From the NCBI RefSeq assembly GCF_009914755.1, contig NC_060930.1: a stretch of DNA of 64,000 nucleotides, one strand, 5' to 3'. Below the pieces are notes generated by a model. It was not told the origin of the DNA. It worked only from the letters and a program-made list of their open reading frames with translations, and did no database searches. Shown in pieces: positions 1 through 20,009 of the stretch. A program made the position numbers and the translations under genes. The stretch is from the human T2T-CHM13v2.0 reference genome, Homo sapiens. Numbering within the stretch: position 1 is the first letter of the stretch; each line of letters opens with the position of its first letter.

Positions 1-4925
<4,925 letters not shown>

Positions 4926-5429
4926 GTGATGACCTATGTGATTCTGGCAGGGATGTATATAATTTCTTATTTATAATCTTGGATACAGAGAGGTAATTTT
5001 AGTGGTTTCCTCTTGGTCTCTTTTACATAAGGCAAATTATCTGTAGGTCACATATCCTTGTGTGTGATCTTTGCCACCTGGTACATACTTCATTGCAGTA
5101 GAGGCTAAAGGCAATTATAACCAAGGGGAGGGCACAGACTTAATGAACTCACTGTGCAATAAACTTGGGCCAGGATTTAACTTCCCTAAACTTACCTCTA
5201 ACAAAGGGGTCATATGGAAAATTGAGGCAGCACAGATACTGTATGTAATACCTCTTGATATGCCTGGCTACTGGACTTTCCCCAATGTATAGTTTTTTTT
5301 TGTTTTAAATGGGTTTAAGTTATTTTCTTAAAATAATTCAAGAAATATCTATTGTATGTATTCGAGGTAGTGTTGCAACATTCTTGCACAAGGAGACTCA
5401 GCCAAATATGCATTGTGAAGAAACTGAAA

Positions 5430-5790
5430 TATAATTGATATGATTAACATAAAATTCACTTTTTATGTGTATAATTAACTAGTTTTCAGTATATTTACAA
5501 GGTTATGTAACCATCACCACTATATAATTTCAGAAAATTTTCGTCATGCCAAAAGAAACTCTGTAACCATTAGCAGTCACCCCGTTTCTCCCTGCCTCAT
5601 TCCATAGCAATCAGTAATCTACCTTCCGCTTATTCTGTAAAATCCTTATAAATAGACTCCTGTAATATGTGGCCTTTTGTGACTGCCTTCTTTCATTCAA
5701 TATCATGTTTTCAAGGTTTGTCCAAGTTATAGCACACATTCATACTTCATTCCTTTTAATGTCAAATAATTTTCCTTTGTATGGTATGCC
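5430..5790 (-). mobile_element. Old L1 (L1MB-like) 3' end fragment
   Basis: Recalled L1M 3' UTR phrases: 'aaccatcaccactatataatttcagaaaatttt', 'ctctgtaaccattagcagtcac', 'atgttttcaaggtttgtcc'. Confidence 0.7.
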
Positions 5791-6896
5791 ATCCAAAACA
5801 ACAATATAGTAGGAGATCTTAGATCCAGGTAAATTTTAGTTACTTGGAGAAAAAGTATGGTTTTCAAAAACTGGTGAATGAAACATTGGAAATCGACATT
5901 AAAAAATTCACTTTTTTCCCAGATCAAAATAGATTTACTTTCACTAAAGATAAAAACAGAAAGCAATGCCATAGCCTGTGTCTATATAATGCACACACAC
6001 TGATAAATATATCCTCAAAATAAACAACATACTCCTAAGGATAATTTCCTATAAAAACCAAAAGATACATTTTATGACAGAAAACCAAAAATGAAATTTT
6101 TTTTTAAGAAAAAAGAAAAGGCAGCAAAAGCTAAGATGAATCCAATTTTGGCTTTCTTTTGTCTTGTATATCTATTAAATTTTAATTTATATATGTTTCT
6201 GTTTATATTACAAACTAACCTTTTTATTTCTAATAATTTGTTTTTATTACACCTATCTACTCATATTAATAGATCAGTTTTTATATTTGTTATTTGAGCA
6301 GCATAATCTATTCTTTTATTTGGCCCCTTGCAGTATTGTGTTTGAGATAGTCCTCTTGTAAATTGCATATCGTTGTTCAATAATAGAAAAATACATTGCA
6401 TACATTTTCTTTGACTAAAGCATTCCAGAATATTATGTAATTGAAATTTTTATACTTTCCTGTAAAGCTGGAAGAAAAAAATATTAAATCCAAGTAATAA
6501 ATTAATGTGAAAATTTAGATACTGGCATTGATAAATCTGACAACCTCAATCTGTAAAAAAAGATTAATTCATTATTCATATTTTCAATAGGATCACAGAG
6601 AACACATCCATTTCTCAAATTTGAACTAGAAAAAAATTTATTAAACTTCTATGTAAGAAAATAAGAATGTTAAGAGAATACTGTATAACACAATACTCCT
6701 TGAGGGACTTGAAAAGTCAATGTAGTGAATGATTATGTGTCTTTATATTTCCTTTCACCAAAGACCCCTCTTAATAAAAGGCTTTTCAAGTCTAGCTAGA
6801 ACAGCTTTCATGTGCCTTTGCTTTCATTGAACATTTATGGTATTGTTCCTTCATTACCAGATAAATTTGTCATGAGATTTCTAGTTTATGAAACAT

Positions 6897-6898
<2 letters not shown>

Positions 6899-6931
<33 letters not shown>
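6899..6931. repeat. (GT)16 microsatellite
   Basis: Direct reading. Confidence 0.97.
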
Positions 6932-6932
<1 letters not shown>

Positions 6933-7003
6933 CCAATTTTCTTAAATGTCCTATAAAAACTTGATACATTGCTCATTATTGAGGCTTTAAAATTTGATAC
7001 ATA

Positions 7004-7450
7004 TGTTAAAGGAAAAGTGACTGAGGCAAGAGTCTCAATCAATGGAGTTTAATTGAGCCAAAGTTCGATGTAGCGCTCGGGAGAATCACAAGTCACAGGA
7101 ACTTCTGTGACTTGTGCTTTCTAAAGAGTGTTTTGGGAACTCAGAATTTAAAGGAAAAAAAGCTGTTTTTTAACTGGGTAAATTTTTTAAATTAAAAAAT
7201 GAAAACAAATAAAAAGAAAAAGCAAGCAGAAGGGAAAATGGGACGGAAGGTGGGCAGGTAGGCAAAAGGTTACATTCCAGTGAGGCTCTGATAAGCCCTC
7301 AGTAAATCTACCTTTTACATTAGTTAAGGTAAACCTGTGAAAAGAAGAAGTAGAGGAAAAGTCAATTATGCATCAGTCTCAGGGTAAGAAGAAGGATGAT
7401 TTCTGGTCTTGTTTGGTACCTGTGAAGATATGCTTGTAGTTGACATTGTC
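7004..7450 (-). mobile_element. ERV1 MER4-group LTR-like element
   Basis: Begins 'tgttaaagga'. The minus strand reads 'gacaatgtcaactacaagc...ccctgagactgatgcataattgac...aatgtaacctttt', which resembles MER4-group LTRs. Exact subfamily not determined. Confidence 0.6.
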
Positions 7451-10400
7451 ATATTTACTGTGGATGCTTATAATGATTGGCTTGTCTATGTGGTTTGTAA
7501 ACTTTTCAAAATTTTTTTCTATTGCTATTTTTCATTATTTTCCATTGAATTTTTTAGTGATTTTCTTTATAATTATGACTTTTATATTTTTTGTAGTGAC
7601 CTATTTTATCATTTAGTTTCTTTTGTTAGCATTAAATGCTAACATTTTATTATTTTTTCCATTTTTTCCTTAGAAGTTATCAATGAGCTTCTTCTACTTG
7701 TCTTTCTCCCTTCTCCAAATTATTTAATTATGTTATGTCTACTTGGTCAGAATATAGGACATTGACATATTATTCTTTCACTCATTTTTACTTTTCTTTT
7801 TCTTGGATGTATGATTAAACATATTCGATGTTCATTATCAGAACTTGTGCAAAGATATCCCCAGTCATATCTTATTTGGGTGAAGCTCTTTTTATAGTAG
7901 GATGCTCTGGAAGACCCTGTGTGTATGATTTTTCCTGAAATCTCATGTGTTTACAATCCTAGTACAATAGCTTTGCTACTTGAAGAATAGCTTGGCTCCA
8001 TATAAAACTCATGGATTATAATTTATTTTCTTGAGATTTTTGAAAATATTATTCACTGATATCTCCTTTGTATACTGTTGTTGAATATTCTGAACAACCT
8101 AGCTGTCTTTCCATTTCAATTTTCTCAATCTTTTTCCCTGGATTCAAGTAATGTCATTGGTATGTATCTATAGTGTGTCATTAGGATCAGGATTTTCAGT
8201 TACATGATGAGCCTGTTTTATTGGTAGATTCAAGTGTCTCTTTTTTTCTGGAAATTTTGCTCATGTTATACTTTGAATATCATTTCTGTCCTATTTTTCC
8301 CCCAGAGATGATAACTGTATGTATGTTGAAGTTGGTTTGTTTATTATCTAAATACATCACTTCTCTAATCCTTTCTACTTCTTAATTCCACTATTTAAAC
8401 AATTTTTGGATTATTTTCTTTTCTTTCCTCAATGTATTTTATTATGTCTTTAGTGAAAACTATTATTTCTTATGTATTTTAGATTTAGTCTCAATTCTGG
8501 GATGAATTTCTGCCCCCCACCTGCTTTAATTTCTTTCCCGAATTTGGTCAACTTTTGTTTTCACATCTTCTTACGTTTTTCTTATTTCTGTTCTGGATTT
8601 TAAATCTTGATTGTTTTTTCTTTTATTCTGCAAGTGAAATAATATGTTACACTATTTTTCTTCTTTAGGATTGCTTTGTTATTGAATATTTTTATCCGCC
8701 ATAGTATTTTGATCTTTTGTTCAGTTACTATCTCTTTATAGATATTACCCACAATTTTCCATTTTGAAATGTCATATAATTTTCTTCTTCAGGAAAATGA
8801 TCATATACAGTGATCATATAAAGTGAAATGCATTTTAAGTAATAAATTGGTGGTATTTAGGGAAGGGAGGAATTTGCCTTTTCTGATTTTCTAATTTTCT
8901 TATTTCTAAGATTCTTAATTTTCACTTTTCTGTTCCTTGTCTTTTTTTCATCAACAAACCAAAACCTCCAGAGGATGTCATCCCTTCCCAGTCATCTCCC
9001 CCATTCCTAGAAGTAGTGCCTTCTTAAAATTGCTTTTGATGTCCATAGTAGCCAGTGTCTTAAAAATACCAGATCTTAGATTATTTTCCACATTTTTCCA
9101 CTTAGGGAAATTTTGAGGTAATTTTTATGTATGTTCTACCATTGTTGGTCCCATGCTCCTCTCCTCTTTTCCATAAAAATCTACACCCAACTCTCTCAAC
9201 CAGCATGCCCTGTGGATGCCTCTGCCTGTTTTGAATGCTTCATTACACATGAATTGTAGCTAATAGTGATTCATAACTTCTCTATAATGTGTAGGTATGA
9301 AAGATAATGGATTATTTACTCTTCATAATATGTGTGATATTGGTAGGATGTGTGCAAAGACTGAGTGATACAATAAGAATTTATTCTATCAATGTATGAT
9401 TTTTTCAAAAAATATAGGTTAATAGAATTGATTTAATGACTATAAAGAAGACAAATATAATGGGACAATAATTATGGGAGAAATTAGGAATATAACTAAG
9501 ATAAACGTGCTCACATTTAGATGAATTTCTGATACACTGAAATTTGAAAAGAACTGTTACTTACTGAAAATTAGAGTGATGGAAAATTTCTCATTGTATT
9601 TTACAATGTTGATCTAACACTAAAATTCAAAGATGAAAATTAGCATAAAAACTTATGAATCAATTATGTACACTCATGAACATAAAATCTATTCATTATA
9701 ACAACAGAAAATAAACTCCTCCAAAATTGTATTATAATAGATCATAGAAAATTAAAATTTAATTTCAGAATACAGGAATTTGGCAAAACTAAGAAATGAC
9801 ATAAATATATTAAGCAGAAATCAATATGTTTAAAGGGTGGTGGATAAAATAAAAATATACATCTCTTTTTAAGTTTATTAATATTTTTAAAAATCACATG
9901 TAACAGCTTGAGTATTGAGGATTTTCTTAACGTCAAAAGTAACGTCTATCAGGAAATAAGACTCAACTTCATATTAAATGATAGATTATTTCTTTAAAGA
10001 AATGTCCCACTCTCTGAAGTCAACTATTCTAGAATTATTAAAGATGTATTCTGAATTTACTTATTATCAAAAGTTACAGTAGCATAATGAAAACGCCAGA
10101 ATATAAATTTCTAATTTTATAATAGAAGCTGGGTAAAATTAATAAATGTACTCTTTTGAAGATATACCAGTGCTTGTGTCAAAATAACTCTTGAAAATAA
10201 AAAAATAATTCACAAGGTTTGAGTAAACATGTTGAGATAGAATTAAGAAATATTTTCTTTAAACTCCAGATCACTTTTATTTCTTTCAGAATAAAAATAT
10301 AGTGAAACCAGAAATTATCTGAGTCCCTTGAAGAAAAAATCATATTTTGTTTCCAAAGTAGCCCATAGTGAGGACAGTTAACTCAGATAATAACCAACAT

Positions 10401-10716
10401 AAGACCTGTTCTGGTTCCTAGTCTACTCCTCTGTCAAAGACAGGTTAAATCTCCCTCTTTCTTCTGTCAAAGAAAAATTGCATTGAACATGTTAAACAGT
10501 CAAGGAATACTTTGTTCAAGACTATTTCAATTGGTGAGAAAGACTCTACTAAAACAAAAGTTAAGAGAATTTTTTTAGCATTGTGGAGAACAGTGAAAAA
10601 ATAGAAGAAGTTAAGGGAAATATTGGCTAATATAATTAGCCCATGTTGGGTATTAATAACTGGTGCCTATGGAAGTTAGGCTTTCACCTCGACATATAAA
10701 CTGAAAGATAGGGGCT

Positions 10717-10985
10717 TGCCATGGTTTGATGTGCTCCCCAAAAAGCATGTGTTGAAAACTTAATCCCCACTGCAATGGTATTTTCAGGTGAGGCCTAATG
10801 AGAGGTGATTAGGTCTTGAGGGCTCTGCCTTCATGAATTGATTAATGTAATTATCACAGCCTACTTTTCTTTCTCTCCCTTTCTCTCTCACTCTCTCACC
10901 TTCTGCCACAGGATGATATAGCAAGAAATCCTTTGTCAGAGGCTGGCATCTTGATAATGAACTTTCCAGCCTCCAGAACTGTAAG

Positions 10986-11058
<73 letters not shown>

Positions 11059-11113
11059 GTAAATTACTCATTCTTAGGTATTCTGTTGTAGCAGCAGAAA
11101 GTGGGCTAAGACA
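10717..11113 (+). mobile_element. MaLR solo LTR (MST family)
   Basis: TG...CA ends ('tgccatggtttg' ... 'gggctaagaca'). MST-type body 'gagaggtgattaggtcttgagggctctgcc'. 5-bp TSD GGGCT/GAGCT at 10712-10716 and 11114-11118. Confidence 0.85.
10988..11057. repeat. Compound (AT)19-(T)~32 microsatellite inside the MST LTR
   Basis: Direct reading. Confidence 0.95.
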
Positions 11114-11494
11114 GAGCTCTATCTTTCTGAATGATTGCATTCCAAAGGGATGACTTAAAGGTCCTTGAGAAAGACATTCCTGGATGGTAAAACTGGCAAG
11201 AAGTGAAAGAATATTTACATCTCAAAGGAGGAGAGAAAGAATTTATAATTGCAAGTTTTCTAAAGTAATGCTTTCAGAAAAGCAAGGTCAGGAGTCCATA
11301 GTCAGAAATAAATCCATCTAAAGTTTAGGCCAGTGAAAAGCAATATTAAGGTCACCTTGGTAAGTTTCAATAATTATATTTTCACTGACCTTTTAAAAAT
11401 ATGTTTATGTCTCTTTTTCCTTCCCCAAACTGTGAGCTTCTTCAGAATAAATGTTATATTAAATTATAGAGCATATTATTTTATATTATTAGTA

Positions 11495-11972
11495 TTGTAT
11501 TCCCTTCTCCCTATTCAGGCTCTTTGGTTATAGCTTCTCAAACTGATGTTGGGCTGGCTTTATGATTTGTTTTGTCCAAGAAAAAATTAGCTGTTTGAGA
11601 AAAGTCTTTGTGCATTAAGACTTTCTCTCTTGCTGCTTTTTGGATCCTTGGTGTTACCAACTGGAGGAGCATGGGGTTAGTCCATAAGTGGGAAAGAGAA
11701 CTTCACGGGACAAAAACAAAGTGTTCTAGCCTAGAACAAATAGCCCAGTCCTAGAAAAGATCTAAATCAAATAACCTGCCAAATGCCAGATACATAGTGT
11801 GGCCATCCTAGAATAATCAGTTTTAGCTGAGCTACCAGCATAACACAGATATTAGACTGACCCATAACAAAATAATGACTCTACCGCAGAACTGAAAGAA
11901 ATAATGAATATTTTCTTGCTAAAGAACTAAGTTTTCGGGGTTTTGAAAGCACTAAAAGTTAATTGATAGACT
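11495..11972 (+). mobile_element. Old MLT1-like LTR
   Basis: Degenerate MLT1 phrases 'tgggctggctttatgatttgttttgtcca', 'gccagatacatagtgtggccatcctag', 'actaagttttcgggg'. Confidence 0.45.
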
Positions 11973-13093
11973 ACCTCTAGCCACTACCATAATGCTTATA
12001 CTGAGTGTCTAAGTACTTTTCTGAATAAACAAGCAAGTTAATTACATAAATTTTGTATAATAAATTACAGCTGAAATTGGAGTGAGAGATCTGAATTAAG
12101 CTATATAGGAAAACAACTCATAATTTACATAAAGCACTTCACATAGAATCAAAGTTATGTTAAGAAACTCATAAAATATGATATTCTCATCTAAGTTTCT
12201 GGTAGGGCCAGATTTGATAAAATTTGACCTAATTTTAGAAATATATATGTTTACCCAAATAATGTTCTAGAGTTGTGTATTATATGTTAGCCTGACCATA
12301 AAGATAATTAGGGTGAAGCATCATCATTCTCCTTTATATGTTGTGCGGAGAGGCCACTCTTCAGTGTAAGTGTATGCATTAATTTAGTATGGTCCTACAT
12401 TTGTGTACTCTAAGAGAACCCTAACAATTAAAAAAGCAGGCATACTTGAGTTGACATTACTTAGGCATACACTTGTGGATGCACACACCCACACACATAA
12501 ACAAGGCTTATCATTTGATACTCTAAAATCCATGCACACCCATGCTAATTAGTTCATGACTAATATATTCTCTCAATGTGGAAGTGTTTTTCTCTTACTC
12601 TCTGTCAAATATTTTATAAAAATAAATATTCATTATTAGTACAGGGTAGGTATCATCTATCTATCCTAATTCTATCCTAGATATTACTATCTATCCTAAC
12701 ATCATTAGCAATAAGGTTATGCATCAGGAAAAAATTAACGTTTTCAAAAAGTTAACAGTACTTATGTCTTCATAGTATTTATTACATTCAGAAATTTTAA
12801 TTTACCTACCTTTCTTATCCATAGTTTCTAATCTTATGAAATAAGCATGCATTTGTTCTGTAGTAAGAAAAATAATTTTTATTCTGTTATTTAAATAAAA
12901 TGTATATATCCTCATAGTTGAGTAATAAAACTTTTCATCTAGATAAGTTTTTTAAAACTGTGTAATACATTAAATTAAATTTATTGTGAGTAGGAATTAC
13001 CTACATTTATATTTTTAAATAAATAGGTTTTTAATAAAATAACATTTACAGAGTTGCAGTCATTGTTGTATTAAGAGTTCTAAATACTTTTAT

Positions 13094-13470
13094 GTAGGTT
13101 AGGCTGACCTGAAAGATCCAGAATCGATCTGATTTTCCTTGATCTGTCCTCAAGATGCTGGATATATTTGGAAGTTAATTTTTACCATATTGGAAAGATG
13201 TAACCACTGACCACCCAGTGAATGGATATAAATACACCAGCTTCCTAATACTCTGTTTGTTATTACAGAGGCTTGTGTTTTGCATTTGCAGAGTTTCTCC
13301 TTGGATTATTCTCCAGATTCCACTACATAGTTGGCTTAATAGCCCACCTGTTACTGCTGCCTTTACTTTCCTGTATCATTGTTCCTCACCTACTCATTTT
13401 TTGGTCACCGCCCATGAATCAATAGAATGGAACCCTTAAATTAGAATCTGATTCTGACCCCCCAAATTAT
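13094..13470 (+). mobile_element. LTR16-like (ERVL) solo LTR
   Basis: 'ggatataaatacaccagcttcc', 'ttgcagagtttctcc', 'ctttcctgtatcattgttcctcacc' resemble LTR16. Confidence 0.5.
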
Positions 13471-14936
13471 ATCAATGTGAGGAGCTTCCTTTGGCTCTGA
13501 CATTACTATCAGGTGAGGTATATCATAAACAAAACGATTTTGTTGTGAATTTAGAATATGTACACATAATATTACATATTTCTCTTATCTATATATAATT
13601 TTCAATAAAAAATGAGTAACTAAAATAACTAAATCATATTGTAAGGACTCCGTTTCTCTTTTTCTTTCAAGACTAAAGGAAAATTCTATGCATGGTTTTA
13701 TTGGGGTGCCAATTATAGACCAGAAGTCCAACAGCTGCTTCTTGAGTAAATTACTAATATAGAAAGAGAAAGAAAACTGGTAGTTATTGAGCAGACACTG
13801 TTGGAGACACTGTTATCTTACTTCATATTGAAAACAAAGGCGAGGCTTAGCAATGGATAAAGGATTAGATCTCAGACTATCTGGAAACTTCATACTTCTG
13901 TGATATGCTGTTCCAAATCTGCTGAAACTAAAATGAAATCAGGTTAAGAATATTTTACTATAACTTTATATAATTCAGATTCTAGTTGTCTAAATATACA
14001 TATGTATATATATGAAAATATGTAGAAACACAGCAGCAAACTTTATCAGTTTTATGTGTCTGTATTCCTCATACATTACTACTTACAAGTTCCTCAAATA
14101 GTAATGTCTAATTTTTTTCTTCAAATGAAGCATTCTTAGATATCTGATATTTTAAGTCCTTATTTTTTTAAACCATAAAGACAAAATCACTACTTTTTCA
14201 TGGTTGTGATATTTAGAAGTAGAGTTATTATCCAGTTAACATTTTAGGTGGCTTTACAGCAAAGCAGAGTTTATTTCAGTTATAAAATAGGGAGAACAGG
14301 TACTATGAAAACATTTTATATCTTTGCATGACATAAAAGCTCCATTCCATGAATAAAACTTTAGATTTTCTTCAAACATTAAAGTATTAGAGAATTTTTA
14401 GAATGATATTTTTAAGGCTTAAGGAGACATGACATTTTTCTACAAAAATTGAGGTAAAAGTTACTACCAGTTACTAAATTAGAAATAGAAATGCAAAGTT
14501 GTCTTCCTTTTTCTGCCAGCTCAGGGGAGAATCACATCAGTAAGCTATCTTATTTAAAATGGCAACAGACATCAAAAATCTATTCTGAAGGTAATAGCAA
14601 CATGATTACCAATTAGGATTTAGGAACTGCTGTTAAAATATTACTCTGATATTCAAAATTTGGATTAGAAAAAAACTCACATGTATCATACATATTGTGC
14701 AATTTGAGCTGAACTTTGGTGTATTCTTCCCATAAGCACAGCCACTATTTTCTACTTTAATAGAGGACTTCTGTGATTAGTCACCGAATATGAATTGAAA
14801 CTACTAAACATGTTTCTTTCAATCCTTTCTGAATTGCAAGGAACCTGTGTCTTAAGTTGGAGGACATCACTCAGTGCTACATAGAACACTATTGTTGATT
14901 AATTAAATATTCAGTAATCTAAAACTATCTATATAA

Positions 14937-15319
<383 letters not shown>

Positions 15320-16862
15320 TAAAGGTTCTAGACTTTTAAAATAAGAAAACAGCCGATCAAATAAACTAAATAAAAGCCTAGACAAAATCAACTGGGTTTA
15401 CAATTTATAAAAACATACAGCCAAATATCAATTTGATTGGGGGTGAAAAAAATAATAAACTTAGTCCTTACAACATCACTTGTATCTTTGCTAAGTTTAA
15501 TTCTAATGTAGTAATGGGGACACTGGAAAGGCTTTAGTTTTCCTTTAATACTTCAAGATCCACATAACTTCTGCCCCTTTTTGTATGTCACCTGGAGCCT
15601 TCCACTTCTCACGCAATCTAGTTAAAGAGTTAGGGTCTTGTGACAATAGGAATTTAAATGACATTTGTTGGTCCAAGGATAGACACTTTACTGTATGAGC
15701 AAGAATAGCCATGTGCTGGATTCTGTGGGGTTTTATTAAGGGCTTGCTTATTCACACCTGTCTTATTTTAACTGTAAACATTTAGGAAACAGAAGTATCT
15801 TCACAAACAGATATTGATCTCCATAGGCCAAGTTTACACTCAGTTATAATGCATCAGTGCTTCAGTATGTTTGTCCTAATATAGTTGAAAACACAGTTCT
15901 CCACACATTTGAGTTTGCATTATATGAGGAGTGCTTCCTATTTTTTTGTTAGTTTGTGTTCTATAAATAAAAAGGCATTGGAAGTACACAATTCTTCATT
16001 CCTTTAGGTTTCTTTTTGCTGAATGTCAGTTGGTCTCCATGCCTCACAAAAGGGCCACAAACATATTCATCACACATACACACAACACTCAGAGTGTGTT
16101 CTCAACAATCATACAGGGTGATGTTCACATTTGAATAATAACATAAGTTAAAGGGTTGATTCACTTATGAGTTTACTCACTTGGAATTTTAGTACTGGAA
16201 TGGTCCATAGTAAATTTGAAACCCTGACATTTTTTAAAAGTAAAAGCTACTTTCCTTTCTTTCATGTTATCTACATTTCTCTCTTTTATGTTATAAATGT
16301 AATTGCAGATAGCATAAGCCATAAGAAAATTCATGTAAAATTAAATACTTTTAAAACTAGGTTAAAATAATAAAACAAAAAAATGCAGGAAAGCAAGATA
16401 TAACAACCAATATTAGGTTACATATATACATATTTTCAATCTTTTATACACTTCATACTGGGTAAAAAAATTTTATTATGTTTTCCGTTAGCCAATATGA
16501 AGACAGAAATAGTTACAGATTTCACAAGTTTCATAAGACAACAAAACAGATACTCAGGAGAACAATTATTACAAGCATTGAGGCCAGGTCAATGTTTCAT
16601 TGAAACGTTTTCAACATGAGAACACTATGTAATGTAATTAATTAATTTCCTCAAAATAATCCACCTAGTAAAAATGCCTGGGGGACTGATAAGGCTACTT
16701 CTTGTTAGAACACAAATTACAAGTTTGCCTTGGAATATCTGTAGAGAGTAAAGAGTCTAATAATTAGAACCATACTTGCTAGTGAATGCAAGAGTGAAAT
16801 CTTAGAGTGGTGGTTCCCTATACTTCTCAAGAGTATACTTCTCAGGTTGAACATATATTAGA

Positions 16863-17110
16863 CTGGTATTTCTCAACTTTTTTTCATTGTTATCCATTTA
16901 AGGAGAGAATTTGATATTTTTCTAAGTTTTTCCTAATTGTCCCTCCCCTAAAGAAAATTTTAATAGCATAGAATGCTGTATATCTCTTTAGGTGTTGCAT
17001 GTGTATCTCTGCTTTATACATAAAAGAGTACTCTTGTTTGCTCCCCATGCCCCAAAACCAATTTTTCATCTATTGTAGGCAATATCACATCCCACTGAGG
17101 AAGCACGTGC
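16863..17110. mobile_element. hAT-Charlie non-autonomous DNA element (MER112-like)
   Basis: Start 'tttctcaactttttttcatt', body 'tgctttatacataaaagagta', end 'aatatcacatcccactgaggaagcacg'. Confidence 0.55.
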
Positions 17111-19715
17111 TAAGGAAACAGACTTTTCTCTTGCAAATATTAATTCTTCATGATATAATTTCCACACTTTATTAGCTCCACTCCCAGATCCATAGACCCA
17201 AAGAGTAAGAAAAAAAGAAAGTGAAATGTATCTGTTACTACCATACATACAACAACTTGGTAAAACACAATTTAGTAAAGACTATCCAACAGCAGATCAA
17301 TTAAGCACTACTTGTTCATGTACCCATTTCTCTTATAATCTATTTCAGGAGATTTTTGAATATGTAAAGAAATTCCATAGTCTTCTCAACTACTTTTCAA
17401 AATGTGTTAGCAATGGTAAGTTCAATATTGTACTAACAAATTACTGGTGTGAAGCTAGGTAATCTATATTGGAGTAAAATGCAGAGATTTCATGTATTAT
17501 AATGAGGGGTTAGGCAGATGGTTTTTCTTTATTTCTTTTTAATCCTTCTGAAAATTGAGTTTAACAATGGACCCATAGAGGAAAATCAGGGCCCCTGGCC
17601 AATCTTTTGGATCTGGAATTGTAAAATATCTAAAACAAGTTCCTTCTGAAGCCATTGATTTCTTGCACAGTAAATATATCCTTTAATGGAAATGGTCGGG
17701 TGGTCTCCATTTTATAATCCCTATATTCCACACAAGTTTGTCTGTGGAATAAAGGACACACACACACACACACACGATTTGTATTTTTTTTTAACATTTC
17801 ATTTTGCTGCTTAATTTTACATGCTAAATTAAAAAAGAAAAAGAAAATTGATTTTTTCAAAATTAATTTTTGCCTTAGACTCCAATCTCTAAGGATTTTA
17901 TATTTTGGTATTTATTTTTATGGGTTAAATGTAACCTTGATCAAGTCCACTTCAGGGTCTCTGTCTATTCTTCACGAAAGGCATGGTGTATATGGTCATT
18001 TTGTTCATCTAAATTCTCCCATAGGCTTTGAATATGTGAAATGTGCCAGGAAATGAATTGAGAGGAGGAATTTGAAGTAAGTAAACCTGTATGAATAATA
18101 AAATTAGAAAAATTATTAGTTGTCTGGGTAACTATATTTTAACAGGGTGGGGAAAAGGAGAGTTAGAGGAAGAAAACGTTTCGACTAGATTTAAAGATGG
18201 AGAAAGGTATGCACTGTGTGATTTAATATACAAAGATCTCTGGTAGCTTAGTGGTCAAAATAAATTTGGAGCTGTTATTACATTTTAAACTGTTTATATT
18301 AATTTAACGTAAACCATCTTCGTTTATCCAACTTAATAAAGTCTGTTGAACATTCAAAACTACTCACAGAAAAATAAGTTATAGTGGACTGTTTAATTCC
18401 TTCATTTTAAGCCAAAATCAACAAAGAAAAAGGTAAATGGCCTGAGTTTCAAAACGAGTGAGATGGTCCATAACCTGAAATAATTTTATCAAAATCAGTG
18501 CTTAACCTCAGGGTTAGGGAAGTCAACTTCAGCTTGATGTTCTCTCTCAAATATTTTTCAAGTCTTGGATAAGAAGTCTGCATTTGCTTTAAAGGTATAT
18601 CCTATGTAGTAAAGTGAGTATATTTAAAGTGCCATACATTTGCAAAATACAGCCATCAACAATTCTTATTGGTGCTAACTCCAAAAGCTCAATTATGTTC
18701 ACATTTTTTGTCTGGTCTTTTATTCCAAATCACCATCGACTTTACTGAATGGTTTGTTATAACAATTTTTAACTTATAATTGTTTTCTAAAATGTAAAAT
18801 AGATTGTATCAACCACTTTTTGGAAAAGCATTTTAGAGCTTTTCATTGAGTTTGTAATACTAGCTAAAGTCACCATGGCCCTGCATGTTAGGACACTGCC
18901 TATCTTTCCAACTCCATCCCACATGCATCTTCTCATGCTTACAATGCTCTAACTACAGTGTTGTTCAAACTTACCATGCTCCTTTCTACTCCATCACTTT
19001 TGCAGTTTTTGCCTCAAAGAATGTACTTCCTCAAGAACTTAGTGGTTGGTTCTTTTTCATCTTTTAGAATCCTGCCCAAGTCTAAATACTATCTAAAATA
19101 CTTTCTGCTCATCAGTTACTCTCTATTGTATAATCCTTTTAATTTCACTTTTCTTATATTTTATGTTTTGTGCATTTCTGTATATGTTTATAGCCTCTCA
19201 CCTCCTTTAGAGGTACCCAAGTCTTGACTGTCTTATGCATAATTGTAACCTATAACATAGGGAGTTGCTTAACACCCAAAGATTAATCAAAATGTAATTA
19301 TTCAGTTAATAAGTATTATCTAATATATTGATAATATAAACAGCCAAATAATATGTAAAAACATTTTTGTTTTGGTTTGCTTGTGTCAAACCAAATAATA
19401 GTGTTTGAATAAAATAAATCTAAATCAAGAATATAATTTTTTTCTAGATATCTATTTCTGATTGTTTAAAAAGGTAAAAGTCCCTGATGGCCTCTAGAAT
19501 TTACAATACAGTTGCTTGTAATATGTAGTCAAGGAAATTTGATTTTTCTCGTAGCTCTTACTCTAACAAAAATGTTAATATTTCACATCTCATTTTTCAT
19601 CCAAGACTTTCACTTTTTTTTTTCATTTGGAAGCAATGTTATACTTGTTTTAAGCATTTAAGCCACCCTACCTCAGATGCCAATCGTATCTTTTAAAAAT
19701 TTCATTAATTAATTC

Positions 19716-20009
19716 TTTGAGACAGAGTTTCACTCTGTCACCCAGGCTAGGATGCAGTGTTGCAGTGAAGGCTTACTGCAGCCTCAACCTCCTAAGCTCA
19801 AGCGATCCTTCCTCCTCAGCTTCCTGAGTAGCTGGGACCACAATGCGCACCACCACACCCAATTAATTTTTTGTTTTTTGTATTGACAAAGTCTCACCAT
19901 GTTCCTCAGGCTGGTCTCAAACTCCTAGGCTCAAGTGATCCTCCCTCCTTGGACTCCCAAAGTGAGATTACATGCCTGAGATTACAGGCATAAGCCATTG
20001 CACTTGGCT
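19716..20009 (-). mobile_element. AluJ
   Basis: 'gcagcctcaacctcctaagctcaagcgatcc' is AluJ-like. Probable TSD CAATC(G/A)TAT at 19681-19689 and 20012-20020. Confidence 0.92.

Larger units (their letters stand above)
10465..11363 (-). mobile_element. ERV1 solo LTR (MER31/MER67-like), split by an MST insertion
   Basis: Left part 'tgtcaaagaaaaattgc...aaggaatactttgttcaagactatt'. Right part 'aagaatttataattgcaagttttctaaagtaa...ctaaagtttag...aaggtcaccttggt'. Confidence 0.65.

Noticed and set aside
7087-7116. Perfect 12-bp inverted repeat CACAAGTCACAG / CTGTGACTTGTG
   Set aside because: It lies inside the ERV1-like LTR and probably derives from the element's consensus rather than being locus-specific.
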